From NCBI GenBank assembly GCA_963796055.1, contig CAWCKH010000004.1:1856001-1920000 (forward strand): a stretch of 64,000 nucleotides of DNA, given 5' to 3'. Position 1 is the stretch's first letter. Every line of letters starts with the position of its first letter. A program made the translations under genes and the position numbers. This document shows, in pieces, positions 1 to 10,614 of this stretch. Below the pieces are notes generated by a model. That model made no database searches and was not told the origin of the DNA. It saw only the letters and a list, made by a program, of their open reading frames with translations. This DNA comes from an uncultured delta proteobacterium. GTDB taxonomy: Bacteria; Myxococcota; Myxococcia; Myxococcales; Myxococcaceae.

Positions 1-27
1 GCGGACGCGTTCTGGCAGGGCCCGAGG

Positions 28-1446
28 TTGACCCGTTCGGATTCCCTGGTGTTCCTCGGCGCGACCGGAGATCTGGCGTACAAGAAGATCTTCCCCGCGC
101 TCCAGTCGATGGTGGAGCGGGGCACGCTCGATTGCCCGGTCATCGGGGTGGCCAAGGCCGGCTGGATTCTGGAGCAGCTGAAGGCGCGGGCGCACGAGAG
201 CGTCCAGAAGCATGGGCCCGGGGTGCGCGAGCCGGCCTTCTCCAAGCTCATGGGGCAGCTTCGGTACGTGGACGGTGACTATGGCGACCCGGCGACGTTC
301 ACCCAGCTGAAGTCGCTGCTCGGCGGCACGTGTGCGGCCACCCACTACCTGGCCATCCCGCCCACGCTGTTCGCCACGGTGGTGGAGGCGCTGAGCCGCT
401 CCAGCTGTGCCACCGGCGCACGGGTGGTCGTGGAGAAGCCGTTCGGGCGAGATCTCAAGTCGGCGGAGGAGCTGAACCGCATCCTTCACCAGGTGTTTCC
501 CGAGCAGTCGGTGTTCCGCATCGACCACTACCTGGGCAAGGAGGCGGTGGAGAACCTCCTCTTCTTCCGCTTCTCCAACACCTTCCTCGAGCCGATCTGG
601 AACCGGAACTACGTGGAGAGCGTCCAGATCACCATGGCCGAGAGCTTCGGGGTGGAGGGGCGGGGGAAGTTCTACGAGGAGACCGGGTGCATCCGGGACG
701 TGGTGCAGAACCATCTGCTCCAGGTCATCGGCTTCCTGGCGATGGAGCCGCCGTCGGACCTGTACTGGGAATCGGTCCGGAACGAGGTGGCGGACGTGTT
801 CCGGGCCATTCCCCCCATCCAGCCCCAGGACGTGGTCCGGGGGCAATTCGTGGGCTACCGGCAGGAGCCCGGGGTGGCGCCCAACTCGCAGGTGGAGACC
901 TACGCCGCGGTCCGGCTGCAAGTCTCCTCGTGGCGGTGGGACGGAGTGCCGTTCCTCATCCGCTCGGGGAAGCGCATGCCGGTGACCGCCACCGAGGTGA
1001 CGGTGAAGCTGCGTCGGCCGCCGCTGCGCAAGCTCACCCGGCGCGACGCGAACACCTTCCGCTTCCGGCTCGGGCCGGACATGAAGCTTTCCCTGAGCGC
1101 GCGGGTGAAGAAGCCGGGCCCAGAGCTGGTGGGCGAGACGGTGGAGCTGGCGGCGGTGAAGCAGCAGAGCAGCGACGAGGCGGACGCCTACGAGCGGCTG
1201 CTCACCGATGCGATGAACGGGGACGCGACGTTGTTCGTCCGCCAGGACGCGGTCGAGGCGGCGTGGGCCATCGTCGAGCCGGTCCTGGGGAGCGTCACTC
1301 CGCTGCACTTCTACGAGCCGGGCAGCTGGGGTCCGCGCGACGCCGAGCGTCTGGCGGCGGACCTCGGCGGCTGGGACGACCCGGTGGTGAGCGCGTCGGC
1401 GCCGACCGGCCCGGCGGCGGACGCCGGCGAGCGAGCGGGCCCCTAG
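28..1446 (+). CDS. zwf: Glucose-6-phosphate 1-dehydrogenase
   Basis: GATGDLA Rossmann motif, [14 protein letters not shown] active-site peptide, RDVVQNH. Confidence 0.97.
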   Translation: MTRSDSLVFLGATGDLAYKKIFPALQSMVERGTLDCPVIGVAKAGWILEQLKARAHESVQKHGPGVREPAFSKLMGQLRYVDGDYGDPATFTQLKSLLGGTCAATHYLAIPPTLFATVVEALSRSSCATGARVVVEKPFGRDLKSAEELNRILHQVFPEQSVFRIDHYLGKEAVENLLFFRFSNTFLEPIWNRNYVESVQITMAESFGVEGRGKFYEETGCIRDVVQNHLLQVIGFLAMEPPSDLYWESVRNEVADVFRAIPPIQPQDVVRGQFVGYRQEPGVAPNSQVETYAAVRLQVSSWRWDGVPFLIRSGKRMPVTATEVTVKLRRPPLRKLTRRDANTFRFRLGPDMKLSLSARVKKPGPELVGETVELAAVKQQSSDEADAYERLLTDAMNGDATLFVRQDAVEAAWAIVEPVLGSVTPLHFYEPGSWGPRDAERLAADLGGWDDPVVSASAPTGPAADAGERAGP

Positions 1447-1772
1447 TACCCGGCGGTCCGATCTGGAACCGAGGCGATCATCGCCCCGGTGAACACCACC
1501 CCACCGGCGTTGGCGGCGGCGAGCAGGAAGCCCCACCACACCGGGTAGAACATCTCCGACGCCGGGGCGAAGAAGGGCGTGATGAGTCCCGCGACGAAGC
1601 CGCCGAAGAGCCCCAGGCCCGTCGAGGCGAACATGGAGAGGGGCACCGTCCGGGCGCCGAGGATTCGCCAGAGTGGGTGGAGGAGGATCGGGCCGAGCAG
1701 CCCGATGACCGTCCCGATGGCGGTGAAGAGAAACGCCCCGATGCCAGACACCAGATGCGGCGTGAAGACCAT
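1443..1772 (-). CDS. Small hypothetical membrane protein (about 109 aa)
   Basis: Hydrophobic C-terminal part of ORF 1443..2807 starting at [18 protein letters not shown] upstream. Confidence 0.6.
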   Translation of the reverse strand: MVFTPHLVSGIGAFLFTAIGTVIGLLGPILLHPLWRILGARTVPLSMFASTGLGLFGGFVAGLITPFFAPASEMFYPVWWGFLLAAANAGGVVFTGAMIASVPDRTAGY

Positions 1773-1868
1773 CGCTCTCCCTCTGAGGTGGCGCGCACAA
1801 TGCGTCGGTCCGGGCCGGATTTCCACAGGATCCGTCCGGGACCCGGTCGGCGCGGTACACTCCGGCCC

Positions 1869-2786
1869 GTGCCGCTGGAGCGGGAGCTCGGAGGCTACGA
1901 GATCGTCGGCCGGCTCGCGGTGGGCGGGATGGCCGAGGTGTACCAGGCCCGTCCGCTCGCCTCGACGACCCCGGCGGCGGGCGAGGGGCCCGAGGTGGTC
2001 CTCAAGCGGCTCCTCCCGACGTACCGCAACGACGGCGCGCACGTGAAGCACTTCATCGACGAGGCGAAGATCGCCGTCCGCCTCCAGCACCGACATGTGG
2101 TGAGGACCTTCCGCTGCTTCAAGTCGGGTGCGGACTACCTGATGGTGCAGGAGCTCGTCCCCGGACGGACGCTGGGCTACTTCCTCGAGCTGCTGATCCA
2201 GGCGGGAACGCCGATGCCCCTGCCGGCGGCGAACTACATCGGGTGGTGCCTGCTCGACGCGCTCTCGTATCTGCATGGGGGCATCGGCGCGACCCCGTCC
2301 GTCCCGCTGATGCACCGGGACGTGAATCCCTCCAACGTGCTGCTCTCGGTGAGCGGCGACGTGAAGCTGACCGACTTCGGAATTGCCGAGTTCGATGGCT
2401 TCCCGCGGGCCGACCCGGGGACGCTGCGCGGAACCGTCGCCTACATGAGCCCCGAGCAGGTGGTGGGGGAGATGATCGACGTCCGGAGCGACCTCTACTC
2501 CGTGGGGGTGATCCTCTGGGAGCTCATCGCCAACCAGCGCCTGTTCCCGCAGGCCAACGACCTCGATCTGGTGGTGCGGGTCCGCGACGCCCAGGTTCCA
2601 CTGCTCGAATTGGTCCGCCCGGGAACCCCCGAGTACCTCGCCCGGGTGGTGCGCCAGGCCACGTTCGCCGACCGCGACCGGCGCTTCCAGAGCGCGCCCG
2701 AGTTCGTCCGCGCGCTCCAGCTCGTGGCCCAGCGTAACGGCTGGCCGCTCACCGTCGAGGCACTCAACCCACTCCTCGGCCGTTAG
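1869..2786 (+). CDS. Eukaryote-like Ser/Thr protein kinase (catalytic domain only)
   Basis: LAVGGMAEVY, VLKR, HRDVNPSN, DFG, GTVAYMSPEQ, DLYSVG; GTG start inferred. Confidence 0.92.
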   Translation: MPLERELGGYEIVGRLAVGGMAEVYQARPLASTTPAAGEGPEVVLKRLLPTYRNDGAHVKHFIDEAKIAVRLQHRHVVRTFRCFKSGADYLMVQELVPGRTLGYFLELLIQAGTPMPLPAANYIGWCLLDALSYLHGGIGATPSVPLMHRDVNPSNVLLSVSGDVKLTDFGIAEFDGFPRADPGTLRGTVAYMSPEQVVGEMIDVRSDLYSVGVILWELIANQRLFPQANDLDLVVRVRDAQVPLLELVRPGTPEYLARVVRQATFADRDRRFQSAPEFVRALQLVAQRNGWPLTVEALNPLLGR

Positions 2787-2790
2787 GCCC

Positions 2791-2813
2791 GCAGAGGTCT
2801 CAGACACCTCTGC
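2791..2813. repeat. REP-like palindrome GCAGAGGTCTC-A-GACACCTCTGC
   Basis: 11-bp inverted arms with 1 mismatch between convergent genes; same motif at the IS target (9299/10618) and at 26242. Confidence 0.75.
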
Positions 2814-2856
2814 AGTGGCGACGGGATGCTCACCGGTGAGGGCAGCGCAACTCGTC

Positions 2857-4188
2857 TCAGGACGGAGACGTGCTCGGCTGCGTTCCGCCCTCGCGCGCGG
2901 TGGCGGCGGGTGCCTTGAGCCGGGTCATCCGCACCCGCCCCAGCCGCGGCCCCTGCTTCGAGGCGATGGTGAACTGCCAGCCGTCGTAGGTGAACTTCTC
3001 GCCCACCTCCGGGATGCTGCCCGCAAGCGAGCTCAGGTATCCGCCGAGGGTCTCGTACTCGCCTTCGGGCAGGGGAAGCCCGAAGGCATTGGCGAACTCG
3101 TCCACCTCGAGCATGGCGTCCACCAGGTAAGAGCCGTCGGGCTGCTGCTCGACGAGCGACTCGTGCTGCTCGAACTCGTCCGCGATGTCGCCGACGATCT
3201 CCCGGAGGATGTCCTCCAGCGTCACCACGCCCATGAACCCGCCGTACTCGTCGGTGACCATCGCCATGTGAATGCGGCGCAGCTGCATCTCGCGCAGCAG
3301 GTCGCCCACCGGCTTGATCCACGGCACGAACACCGCCGGCCGCACCAGATCTTGAAGGACGATGAGCTCCGGATGCTGCAGCAGCGGGATCAGGTCGCGC
3401 GCGTGGAGCACGCCCACGATGTGGTCGATGTCGTCCCGGTAGACCGGGATGCGGCTGTGGTTCTCCTCGGCGAGGATGCGGAGGAGCTCCGTCGGCGCCG
3501 TGGAGATCTCCACCGCGATGACCTCGGTCCGCGGGACCATCACGTCCCGGCAGCGCTTGTCCGAGAGCTCGAACACGCTGCGGATCAGCTCGGGCGCGCT
3601 GGCGTCCACCTTCTGGTTTGCCGCCTGGGCCGCGAGCATCCGCTCCAGCTCCTCCAGCGGCGGCGGCGGCGGCTCGAAGCGCGCCCGGATGCCGAACGGC
3701 CGGAGCAGGAGATTCACCCCGGTGAGGAGCACGCGGGCGAAGGGGCCCAGGATGGCGGACAGCAGCGCGGCCAGCCAGGCGAGGCGGAGCGCCGCGTTCT
3801 CCGGATCCGTGCTGGCGATGGCCCGGGCAGTCACGTCTGCCACCGTGGCCAACAGGCCCACGAAGAGCACGCCGGCCAGGGGAGCCGCGAGCGCGCCTGC
3901 GAAGCCTCCCAGCCGGGAGACGTCGAACTGCACCATCGCCGGCGGGGCGAGCGCCCCCACCCCGGCCGCCAGGAAGCCGCTGAGCACCATGCCGATGCGC
4001 AGCGAGGCGGCCGTCATCTCGCGCTGGGTGCGCAGCCGGAGCACACGCCGACCGGCCCTCCCGTGCTGGGTGGCCAGCTCCTTTGCTTTCAGGTCGGAAA
4101 CGCCCGAGAGCGCCGACTCCGTCGCGGCCATCAGGGCACGGACGATGAGGAGGGCGACGCACCAGGGCCACAGCGCCCACGACGGCAT
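2857..4188 (-). CDS. Hemolysin/CNNM family protein (DUF21 + CBS pair + CorC_HlyC)
   Basis: N-terminal TM helices, VMVPRTEV, HSRIPVY, DEYGG, VTLEDILREIVGDIADE, YETLGGY. Confidence 0.92.
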   Translation of the reverse strand: MPSWALWPWCVALLIVRALMAATESALSGVSDLKAKELATQHGRAGRRVLRLRTQREMTAASLRIGMVLSGFLAAGVGALAPPAMVQFDVSRLGGFAGALAAPLAGVLFVGLLATVADVTARAIASTDPENAALRLAWLAALLSAILGPFARVLLTGVNLLLRPFGIRARFEPPPPPLEELERMLAAQAANQKVDASAPELIRSVFELSDKRCRDVMVPRTEVIAVEISTAPTELLRILAEENHSRIPVYRDDIDHIVGVLHARDLIPLLQHPELIVLQDLVRPAVFVPWIKPVGDLLREMQLRRIHMAMVTDEYGGFMGVVTLEDILREIVGDIADEFEQHESLVEQQPDGSYLVDAMLEVDEFANAFGLPLPEGEYETLGGYLSSLAGSIPEVGEKFTYDGWQFTIASKQGPRLGRVRMTRLKAPAATAREGGTQPSTSPS

Positions 4189-4333
4189 CTCGGAACCGTT
4201 AGCATGCTGGACCCAACTGTGCTGGCAGACACTCTAACCCCGCATTACGACAGGGGTAGACGCCTCCTCGGTCGGCTGATAGAGGCGGCGCCGACGCACG
4301 GCGCGGGTCCGCGGCTGTCGCACCGGAGGTGAC

Positions 4334-4573
4334 ATGGTTGCACGGGTGTACGTGACGCTGAAGCCGGGGGTCCTGGACCCGGCCGGGAAGGCCGTGGAGG
4401 GCAGCCTGCACGCGCTCGGCTTCGGCCAGGTCTCCGGTGTCCGGCTCGGCAAGTACATCGAGCTGCAGCTCCCCGACGGCAACGGCGCGGAGGCCCGTGC
4501 CCAGGTGGAGGAGATGTGCCGGAAGCTCCTCGCCAACACGGTGGTGGAGAACTTCCGGGTGGAGATCGGATGA
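4334..4573 (+). CDS. purS: FGAM synthase subunit PurS
   Basis: [29 protein letters not shown]; upstream of purQ-purL. Confidence 0.96.
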   Translation: MVARVYVTLKPGVLDPAGKAVEGSLHALGFGQVSGVRLGKYIELQLPDGNGAEARAQVEEMCRKLLANTVVENFRVEIG

Positions 4574-5223
4574 AGGTCGGGATCGTCGTCTTCCCCGGCA
4601 GCAACTGCGATGAGGATGCTTTTCACGTGGCGGGGCAGGTCCTCGGGCACGAGCCCCAGATGCTGTGGCACAAGGACCACGACCTCCGCGGGAGCGAGCT
4701 GGTCATCCTCCCCGGCGGCTTCAGCTACGGGGACTACCTGCGCTGCGGAGCCATCGCCCGGTTCGCGCCGGTGATGGAGGAGGTCGCCGCCTTCGCCAGG
4801 AAGGGGGGTCCGGTCATCGGCATCTGCAACGGCTTCCAGATCCTCACCGAGGCGGGCCTGCTCCCGGGCGCGCTGCTCCAGAACGCCAACCGCCAGTACA
4901 TCTGCCAGGACGTGGTTCTCCGGGCGGAGAACACCCGGACCCGCTTCACCACCGGCCTGACCCCGGGCGAGGAGCTCAAGATCCCCATCGCCCACGGCGA
5001 CGGAAACTACTTCATCGACGACGAGGGCCTGAAGCGGCTCGAGGGCGAGGGCCAGGTGGCCTTCCGCTACGTCGGCAACCCCAACGGAAGCCGGGCGGAC
5101 ATCGCCGGCATCGTGAACTCCTCGGGGAACGTGCTGGGCATGATGCCCCACCCCGAGCGGAACGCCGAGCCACTGCTCGGCAATGCCGACGGCCGCCGGG
5201 TGCTGGCCTCACTCCTCCACTGA
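4570..5223 (+). CDS. purQ: FGAM synthase glutaminase subunit PurQ
   Basis: [39 protein letters not shown] overlap with purS. Confidence 0.97.
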   Translation: MKVGIVVFPGSNCDEDAFHVAGQVLGHEPQMLWHKDHDLRGSELVILPGGFSYGDYLRCGAIARFAPVMEEVAAFARKGGPVIGICNGFQILTEAGLLPGALLQNANRQYICQDVVLRAENTRTRFTTGLTPGEELKIPIAHGDGNYFIDDEGLKRLEGEGQVAFRYVGNPNGSRADIAGIVNSSGNVLGMMPHPERNAEPLLGNADGRRVLASLLH

Positions 5224-5224
5224 C

Positions 5225-7447
5225 ATGGCCCTGAGCAAGGACGTCATCGCGCAGCACGGGCTCAGCGAGTCGGAGTACGCCCGCATCCTCGAGCACCTGG
5301 GCCGGGAGCCGAACCTCCTCGAGCTCGGAATCTTCAGTGTTCTGTGGAGCGAGCACTGCTCCTACAAGTCCTCGCGCCGCCACCTCCGCGGCTTTCCGAC
5401 GACGGGCCCGCGGGTCCTGGTGGGCCCGGGCGAGAACGCCGGTGTGGTGGACCTGGGCGACGGGCTGGCGGCGGCCTTCAAGATGGAGAGCCACAACCAC
5501 CCGAGCTACATCGAGCCCTACCAGGGCGCGGCGACGGGCGTGGGCGGCATCCTCCGCGACGTCTTCACCATGGGGGCGCGGCCCATCGCCTCGCTGAACT
5601 CGCTGCGGTTCGGCGACCCGTCCCATCCGAAGACGGCCTGGCTGCTGGACGGCGTGGTGCGCGGCATCGGCGGCTACGGCAACTGCATCGGCGTGCCGAC
5701 GGTGGGCGGGGAGGTCGCGTTCGACGAGAGCTACAACGGCAACTGCCTGGTGAACGCCTTCACCGTGGGGGTGCTGGAGTCGAATCGCATCTTCAAGGGT
5801 ACGGCCTCGGGCGTGGGGAACCCCATCCTCTACGTGGGGAGCAAGACCGGGCGCGACGGCATCCACGGGGCGACCATGGCCTCGGCCGAGTTCGACGAGG
5901 ACAGCGAGAGCAAGCGCCCCACGGTGCAGGTGGGCGACCCGTTCACCGAGAAGCTGCTGCTCGAGGCCTGTCTTGAGCTGTTCCGGACCGACGCCCTGGT
6001 CGGCATCCAGGACATGGGCGCGGCCGGCCTCACCAGCTCGTCGATCGAGATGGCGGGCCGGGCGGGGAGCGGCATCGAGATCGACGTGGCGAAGGTGCCG
6101 CGGCGCGAGGAGGGGATGACCCCGTACGAGGTCATGCTCTCCGAGAGCCAGGAGCGGATGCTCATCGTGGCCAAGCGGGGCTGCGAGGACGAGGTGCTCC
6201 GCATCTTCCACAAGTGGGACCTGGACGCGGCGGTCATCGGGCGCGTCACCGACGACGGCCGGGTGCGCATCCTCGACAGCGGGAAGGAGGTCGCGAACCT
6301 CCCGGTGAGCCCGCTGACCGACGGCGCGCCGCTGTACGACCGGCCGACCCGCCGGCCTGCCGAGCAGGATGCGCTCCAGCAGTTCGATCCGCTCTCGGTG
6401 TCTCCGGGTCGCGACCACGGCGAGACACTGCTCGCGCTGCTCGCTCGGCCGACCATCGCCAGCAAGGAGTGGCTCATCCGTCAGTACGACTACACCGTGC
6501 GCCTGGGCGCGGTGGTGCGGCCCGGGCCGGCGGATGCGGCAGTGGTGCGCGTCGAGCGGACGAAGAAGGGCCTGGCGCTGGCGGTCGACTGCAACGCCCG
6601 CTTCGTCTACCTCGACCCGTTCGAGGGTGCGCGGCTGGCGGTGGCCGAGTGCGCGCGGAACGTGTCCTGCGTGGGCGGCGAGCCGCTGGGCCTGACCGAC
6701 TGCTTGAACTTCGGCAACCCCGAGCGCCCCGAGATCATGTGGCAGTTCGCCGAGGCGACGCGGGGCATCGCCGCGGCCTGCCGCGAGCTGGGCGTGCCGG
6801 TGGTGAGCGGAAACGTGAGCCTCTACAACGAGACGGAAGGGCGGGCGATCCTCCCCACGCCGACCGTCGCGGTGGTGGGTCTCCTTCCCGACGTCAGCGC
6901 CACCTGCGCCGGCGTCTTCCGTCGCGCCGGGGACAAGGTGGCGGTGCTCGGCGAGACGCGCGGGCAGCTCGGCGGCTCCGAGTGGCTGCTGATGACCGCG
7001 GGGAAGATCGCCGGCCGGCCGCCGACGCTGGATGCCGCGCGGGAGAAGGCGTTGCAGTCGGTGGTCCGGGAGCTGGTCCGGAGCCACAGGGTCGCCTCCG
7101 CGCACGACACCAGCGAGGGCGGGCTGGCGGTGGCGCTGGCCGAGTCCTGCATGGCGAATGCGGAGGGGCCGATCGGCGCCCAGGTCACGCTCCCCGTCGG
7201 CTCGGTCGCGCCGCACGCGTACCTCTTCGGAGAGGACGCCTCGCGGGTCATCGTCTCCTACGCGCCCGAGCACGAGGCGGACATCGCCGCGGCCTGCAAC
7301 GCGGCCGGCATCCCGTTCGTCCAGATCGGCACCGTGGGCGGCGACCGTCTGGTCATCTCCGGACTGCTCGACGTGCCGGTCGCCCGCCTCTCGGACGCCT
7401 GGCGCAGCGGCATCCCGGCGCTCATGAAGAAGCCGACGCACCTCTGA
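5225..7447 (+). CDS. purL: FGAM synthase subunit PurL
   Basis: [53 protein letters not shown]. Confidence 0.98.
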   Translation: MALSKDVIAQHGLSESEYARILEHLGREPNLLELGIFSVLWSEHCSYKSSRRHLRGFPTTGPRVLVGPGENAGVVDLGDGLAAAFKMESHNHPSYIEPYQGAATGVGGILRDVFTMGARPIASLNSLRFGDPSHPKTAWLLDGVVRGIGGYGNCIGVPTVGGEVAFDESYNGNCLVNAFTVGVLESNRIFKGTASGVGNPILYVGSKTGRDGIHGATMASAEFDEDSESKRPTVQVGDPFTEKLLLEACLELFRTDALVGIQDMGAAGLTSSSIEMAGRAGSGIEIDVAKVPRREEGMTPYEVMLSESQERMLIVAKRGCEDEVLRIFHKWDLDAAVIGRVTDDGRVRILDSGKEVANLPVSPLTDGAPLYDRPTRRPAEQDALQQFDPLSVSPGRDHGETLLALLARPTIASKEWLIRQYDYTVRLGAVVRPGPADAAVVRVERTKKGLALAVDCNARFVYLDPFEGARLAVAECARNVSCVGGEPLGLTDCLNFGNPERPEIMWQFAEATRGIAAACRELGVPVVSGNVSLYNETEGRAILPTPTVAVVGLLPDVSATCAGVFRRAGDKVAVLGETRGQLGGSEWLLMTAGKIAGRPPTLDAAREKALQSVVRELVRSHRVASAHDTSEGGLAVALAESCMANAEGPIGAQVTLPVGSVAPHAYLFGEDASRVIVSYAPEHEADIAAACNAAGIPFVQIGTVGGDRLVISGLLDVPVARLSDAWRSGIPALMKKPTHL

Positions 7448-7572
7448 GAGCAGCGCTCACGATCGCCTTCGCGGCACTGACCGGGTGCCAGTCGGAGCGT
7501 CTCTCCAGCCAGACCAGTTGGAGAATGAAGAGCGCGGTCGGATGATGGGCGGGTGCGAGAGGGTTCCGTGAC

Positions 7573-8238
7573 TTGAGGGAGTTATGGAAGCGAACCGGCC
7601 CGGCCCGGCCCCTGGTGCTCGCACTGCTCCTCTCGGTTGCAGGAAGCGCAAGGGCTCAGGACGTCGGTGATCGGTCCCCCGTCACCTTCGTCCTGGGCGC
7701 GGCCTCGGGCTACTCGGTTCCGCTCGGCTCACCTCAGAGTGGAGCCCCGGACGCGGTCAGCAACATCCTCAAGGGCTTCATCCCGATCGATCTCGAGGCG
7801 GGAGTCCAGCTCTGGTCCCACTGGCGCTTCCTCGCCTACGGCGGTCTGGGAACCCTGGTCCGGACGACCAGCAGCTGCGTCGACATTGACTGCGGCGGCT
7901 CCATCGCCCATGCCGGGGTCAAGGTCGGCTTCTCCGGCCGCATCTCCGGCGACTGGGTCCTGGTCGCCGGGCTCGGCGCAGGCTGGCATCGGATCGGACT
8001 CTCCGCCAAGACCGTGGACAACAGCACCGAGGCGACGGCCACCGGGGTGGAAGGGATCCTCGAGTTCGCCGCCCTTTACTCGATCGCCCCCGTCTTCGAG
8101 TTGGGCCCCTTCGTCAGCACCAGCATCGTTTCTTCGTCGGGCTGGACCAACGTCGTCAACGGTCAGACCACGCAGTCCGCCGGCAACCACGTCGACGGGT
8201 ATCTCAACTTCGGCCTCAAGTTGGAGTTCCGGCTTTGA
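7573..8238 (+). CDS. Putative outer-membrane beta-barrel protein
   Basis: Signal peptide (ARA|Q), amphipathic beta strands, C-terminal LNFGLKLEFRL. Confidence 0.7.
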   Translation: MRELWKRTGPARPLVLALLLSVAGSARAQDVGDRSPVTFVLGAASGYSVPLGSPQSGAPDAVSNILKGFIPIDLEAGVQLWSHWRFLAYGGLGTLVRTTSSCVDIDCGGSIAHAGVKVGFSGRISGDWVLVAGLGAGWHRIGLSAKTVDNSTEATATGVEGILEFAALYSIAPVFELGPFVSTSIVSSSGWTNVVNGQTTQSAGNHVDGYLNFGLKLEFRL

Positions 8239-8423
8239 AAGCCCCGGCTTCGAGGAGGAGGCGACGAGGGGCTCTCGCCGAGGTGGTGCAGGAGCTCGAG
8301 GGCGAGGGACGGCAGTCCGCGAGTTGAGGCGGGCTCGCCATCGGATTCCCGGCGGTCGCGATTCGCTTCAGCAGCGGAGCTGAGCGAGGCTGGACTCACC
8401 TTGCGATTGAGGAGGGACTCGAG

Positions 8424-9245
8424 ATGGCCTGGATACGCGCTACCCACTGGCTCCCCTTGCTGGCGGCAACCGCTGCCCTCGCAGCGCCGAGCGCGCCGCC
8501 GGTGCCTTCACTGAGCAAGGGGACGCTCGTCGACCTCACCCATCCCTTCGACGAGAAGACGCTCTACTGGCCGACCTCCCCCACGCGCTTCGAGTTGAAG
8601 AAGCTCTCCTTCGGTGAGACCCCCGGCGGCTACTTCTACGCCGCGAACTCTCTCTGCACGCCCGAGCACGGCGGCACGCATCTGGACGCGCCGATCCACT
8701 TCTCCAGGGACGGGAAGACAGTCGACCAGATCCCGGTCCGGCAGCTCATTGCCCCGGCGGTGGTGATCGACGTCAGCGCGAAGGCCGCCGCCGATCCCGA
8801 CTACCGCCTCTCGATGGAGGACGTGCGCAGCTGGGAGAAGCAGCACGGGAGCATCCCGCCGGGCGTGATCGTGCTGCTGCGCACCGGCTGGGGGAAGCGC
8901 TGGCCGGACAGGAAGCAGTACCTGGGCGATGACACGCCCGGCGACGCCTCGAAGCTGCACTTCCCCAGCTACGGAAAGGACTCGGCCGAGTACCTGGTGA
9001 ACCAGCGGCACGTCGGAGCGCTGGGTCTCGACACCGCGTCGATCGACCACGGACCCTCGAAGGACTTCGTCGTGCACCGGATCGCCAGCGCCGCCGGAGT
9101 TCCCGGGCTGGAGAACCTCTCCAACCTCGATCAGGTGCCGACGGTGGGCGCCTGGGTCATCGCGTTGCCAATGAAGATCGCCGGCGGATCGGGCGGGCCG
9201 CTCCGGGTCGTCGCGCTCCTTCCTGCCGGTGGTGAGCAGCGCTAA
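8424..9245 (+). CDS. Cyclase family metallohydrolase (KynB/isatin hydrolase-like) with signal peptide
   Basis: EHGGTHLDAPIHF (HxGTHxDxPxH), LLRTGW, DTASID, ENL, ALPMKIAGGSGGPLR. Confidence 0.9.
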   Translation: MAWIRATHWLPLLAATAALAAPSAPPVPSLSKGTLVDLTHPFDEKTLYWPTSPTRFELKKLSFGETPGGYFYAANSLCTPEHGGTHLDAPIHFSRDGKTVDQIPVRQLIAPAVVIDVSAKAAADPDYRLSMEDVRSWEKQHGSIPPGVIVLLRTGWGKRWPDRKQYLGDDTPGDASKLHFPSYGKDSAEYLVNQRHVGALGLDTASIDHGPSKDFVVHRIASAAGVPGLENLSNLDQVPTVGAWVIALPMKIAGGSGGPLRVVALLPAGGEQR

Positions 9246-9302
9246 GTCCTTCGAGTACCGGGGCAGCCCTCCGGTTCAGACCCGCTCGAGCGGACCGCGA
9301 GG

Positions 9303-9311
9303 TGTCAGACA
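9303..9311 (+). repeat. Left 9-bp target-site duplication TGTCAGACA
   Basis: Identical to 10606..10614 and abuts the left terminal inverted repeat. Confidence 0.92.
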
Positions 9312-10605
9312 CTGACGAATCCCCACTTCTCGTGAGGCAGAGCGCGAGGAAAGTCGGGAGCTTGAACGGCGCGTGGCCGCGACACGTCACGCTTGTTCTT
9401 GTGAGAAAACCAGGATCAGTAGACGCGGCCCGCGCCGCGCTTCTTGTCGCGCGTTTCACCAGCCCTCTGCAAGCAGTCCTCGACACCCGGCTCGTCAGCG
9501 CGCTGACGGTCGCAGTGACGGCGGCCTGCATGGGCGCCCAGCTGACGCTGACGTCCCTGGGGCGATGGCTTCCCGGACCAGCGCTTCGCAAGCACTCAGT
9601 GAAGCGCATCGACCGGCTCCTCGGGAACAACAGGTTGCACCTGAAGCTGGCGGCGTGTTGGGCAGCGCTGGCCGCCCTTCCCGCGAAGGGCCGCATCGTC
9701 CTCCTCATCGACTGGACGGGCGCCAACGACGGCAAGCAGTGGTGGGTGCTCAGTGCGTCCCTCGCCGCCGCTGGCAGAGCCATCCCGCTCTACGACGCCG
9801 TCTTCGGCAAGGGAGAGTACGACTCGGTCCGAGCACGGGAGACCTTCCTGCGAGAGCTCGAGCGGATTCTGCCTCCGTGCAGGCGAGTCATCTTCGTGGC
9901 CGATGCTGGCTTTCGGGTGCCCTTTCTCAAGCAGCTGGCTTCCCGCGGCTGGGACTTCGTCGTCCGTCTACGTGGCCGCCCCTACGTCCTGCTCAAGCGC
10001 ACCGGTGAGAGCTTCCGGCTGAAGGAACTCCGCCGTCGCGCAAGGCCAACGGCAGCGTCGCTCGGCCCGGCACAGGTTTGTCGAGGTAGCAAAGCCTTCG
10101 TGTGCCGCCAACTCGTGCTCTTCCGGACGCGGCGGAAGGGACGCAAAGCGAAGGACCGACTGGGCCGTGTCCGGAAGTGGCGACGGAGCCGTCACTACGC
10201 CTCCTCGTGGCGGGAACCGTGGGTGCTGCTCACGTCCCTGCCGGACGGCGCCGAGAGGATTCGGCAGCTCTACTCGATGCGCATGGCCATCGAGGAGACC
10301 TTCCGAGACATCAAGAACCCACGCCTCGGCATGGGTTTCGCCGGCTCCGCCTCACGCTCGCTCCCTCGGGTACGCGTCCTGTGGCTCATCGGCGCCATCG
10401 CCGCGAAGGTCTGCAGGGCGATGGGCGAGCACGCCGAGAAGATAGGCTCGTCCGCGGGCTTCAGGCCAACACCATCAAAGACCGACGGGTGCTCTCCGTC
10501 TTCCGTGCCGGGATGCTCGTCCTCAACATACTCCTCGCCCCCCTCCGGGACGCTCTTGGCGGTCCACCACCCCTACTGCTCGCATGAGAAGTGGGGATCC
10601 GTCAG
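9312..10605 (+). mobile_element. IS4-family insertion sequence, IS10-like (1294 bp)
   Basis: Terminal inverted repeats CTGACGAATCCCCACTTCTC and CTGACGGATCCCCACTTCTC (1 mismatch in 20), resembling the IS10 end CTGATGAATCCCC; 9-bp TSD; DDE transposase inside. Confidence 0.95.
9401..10587 (+). CDS. IS4-family DDE transposase with a frameshift near 10445
   Basis: LLIDWT, FVADAGF, YREK motif YSMRMAIEETFRDIK; C-terminal QANTIKDRRVLS continues in another frame; start codon uncertain. Confidence 0.88.
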
Positions 10606-10614
10606 TGTCAGACA
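10606..10614 (+). repeat. Right 9-bp target-site duplication TGTCAGACA
   Basis: Identical to 9303..9311. Confidence 0.92.
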
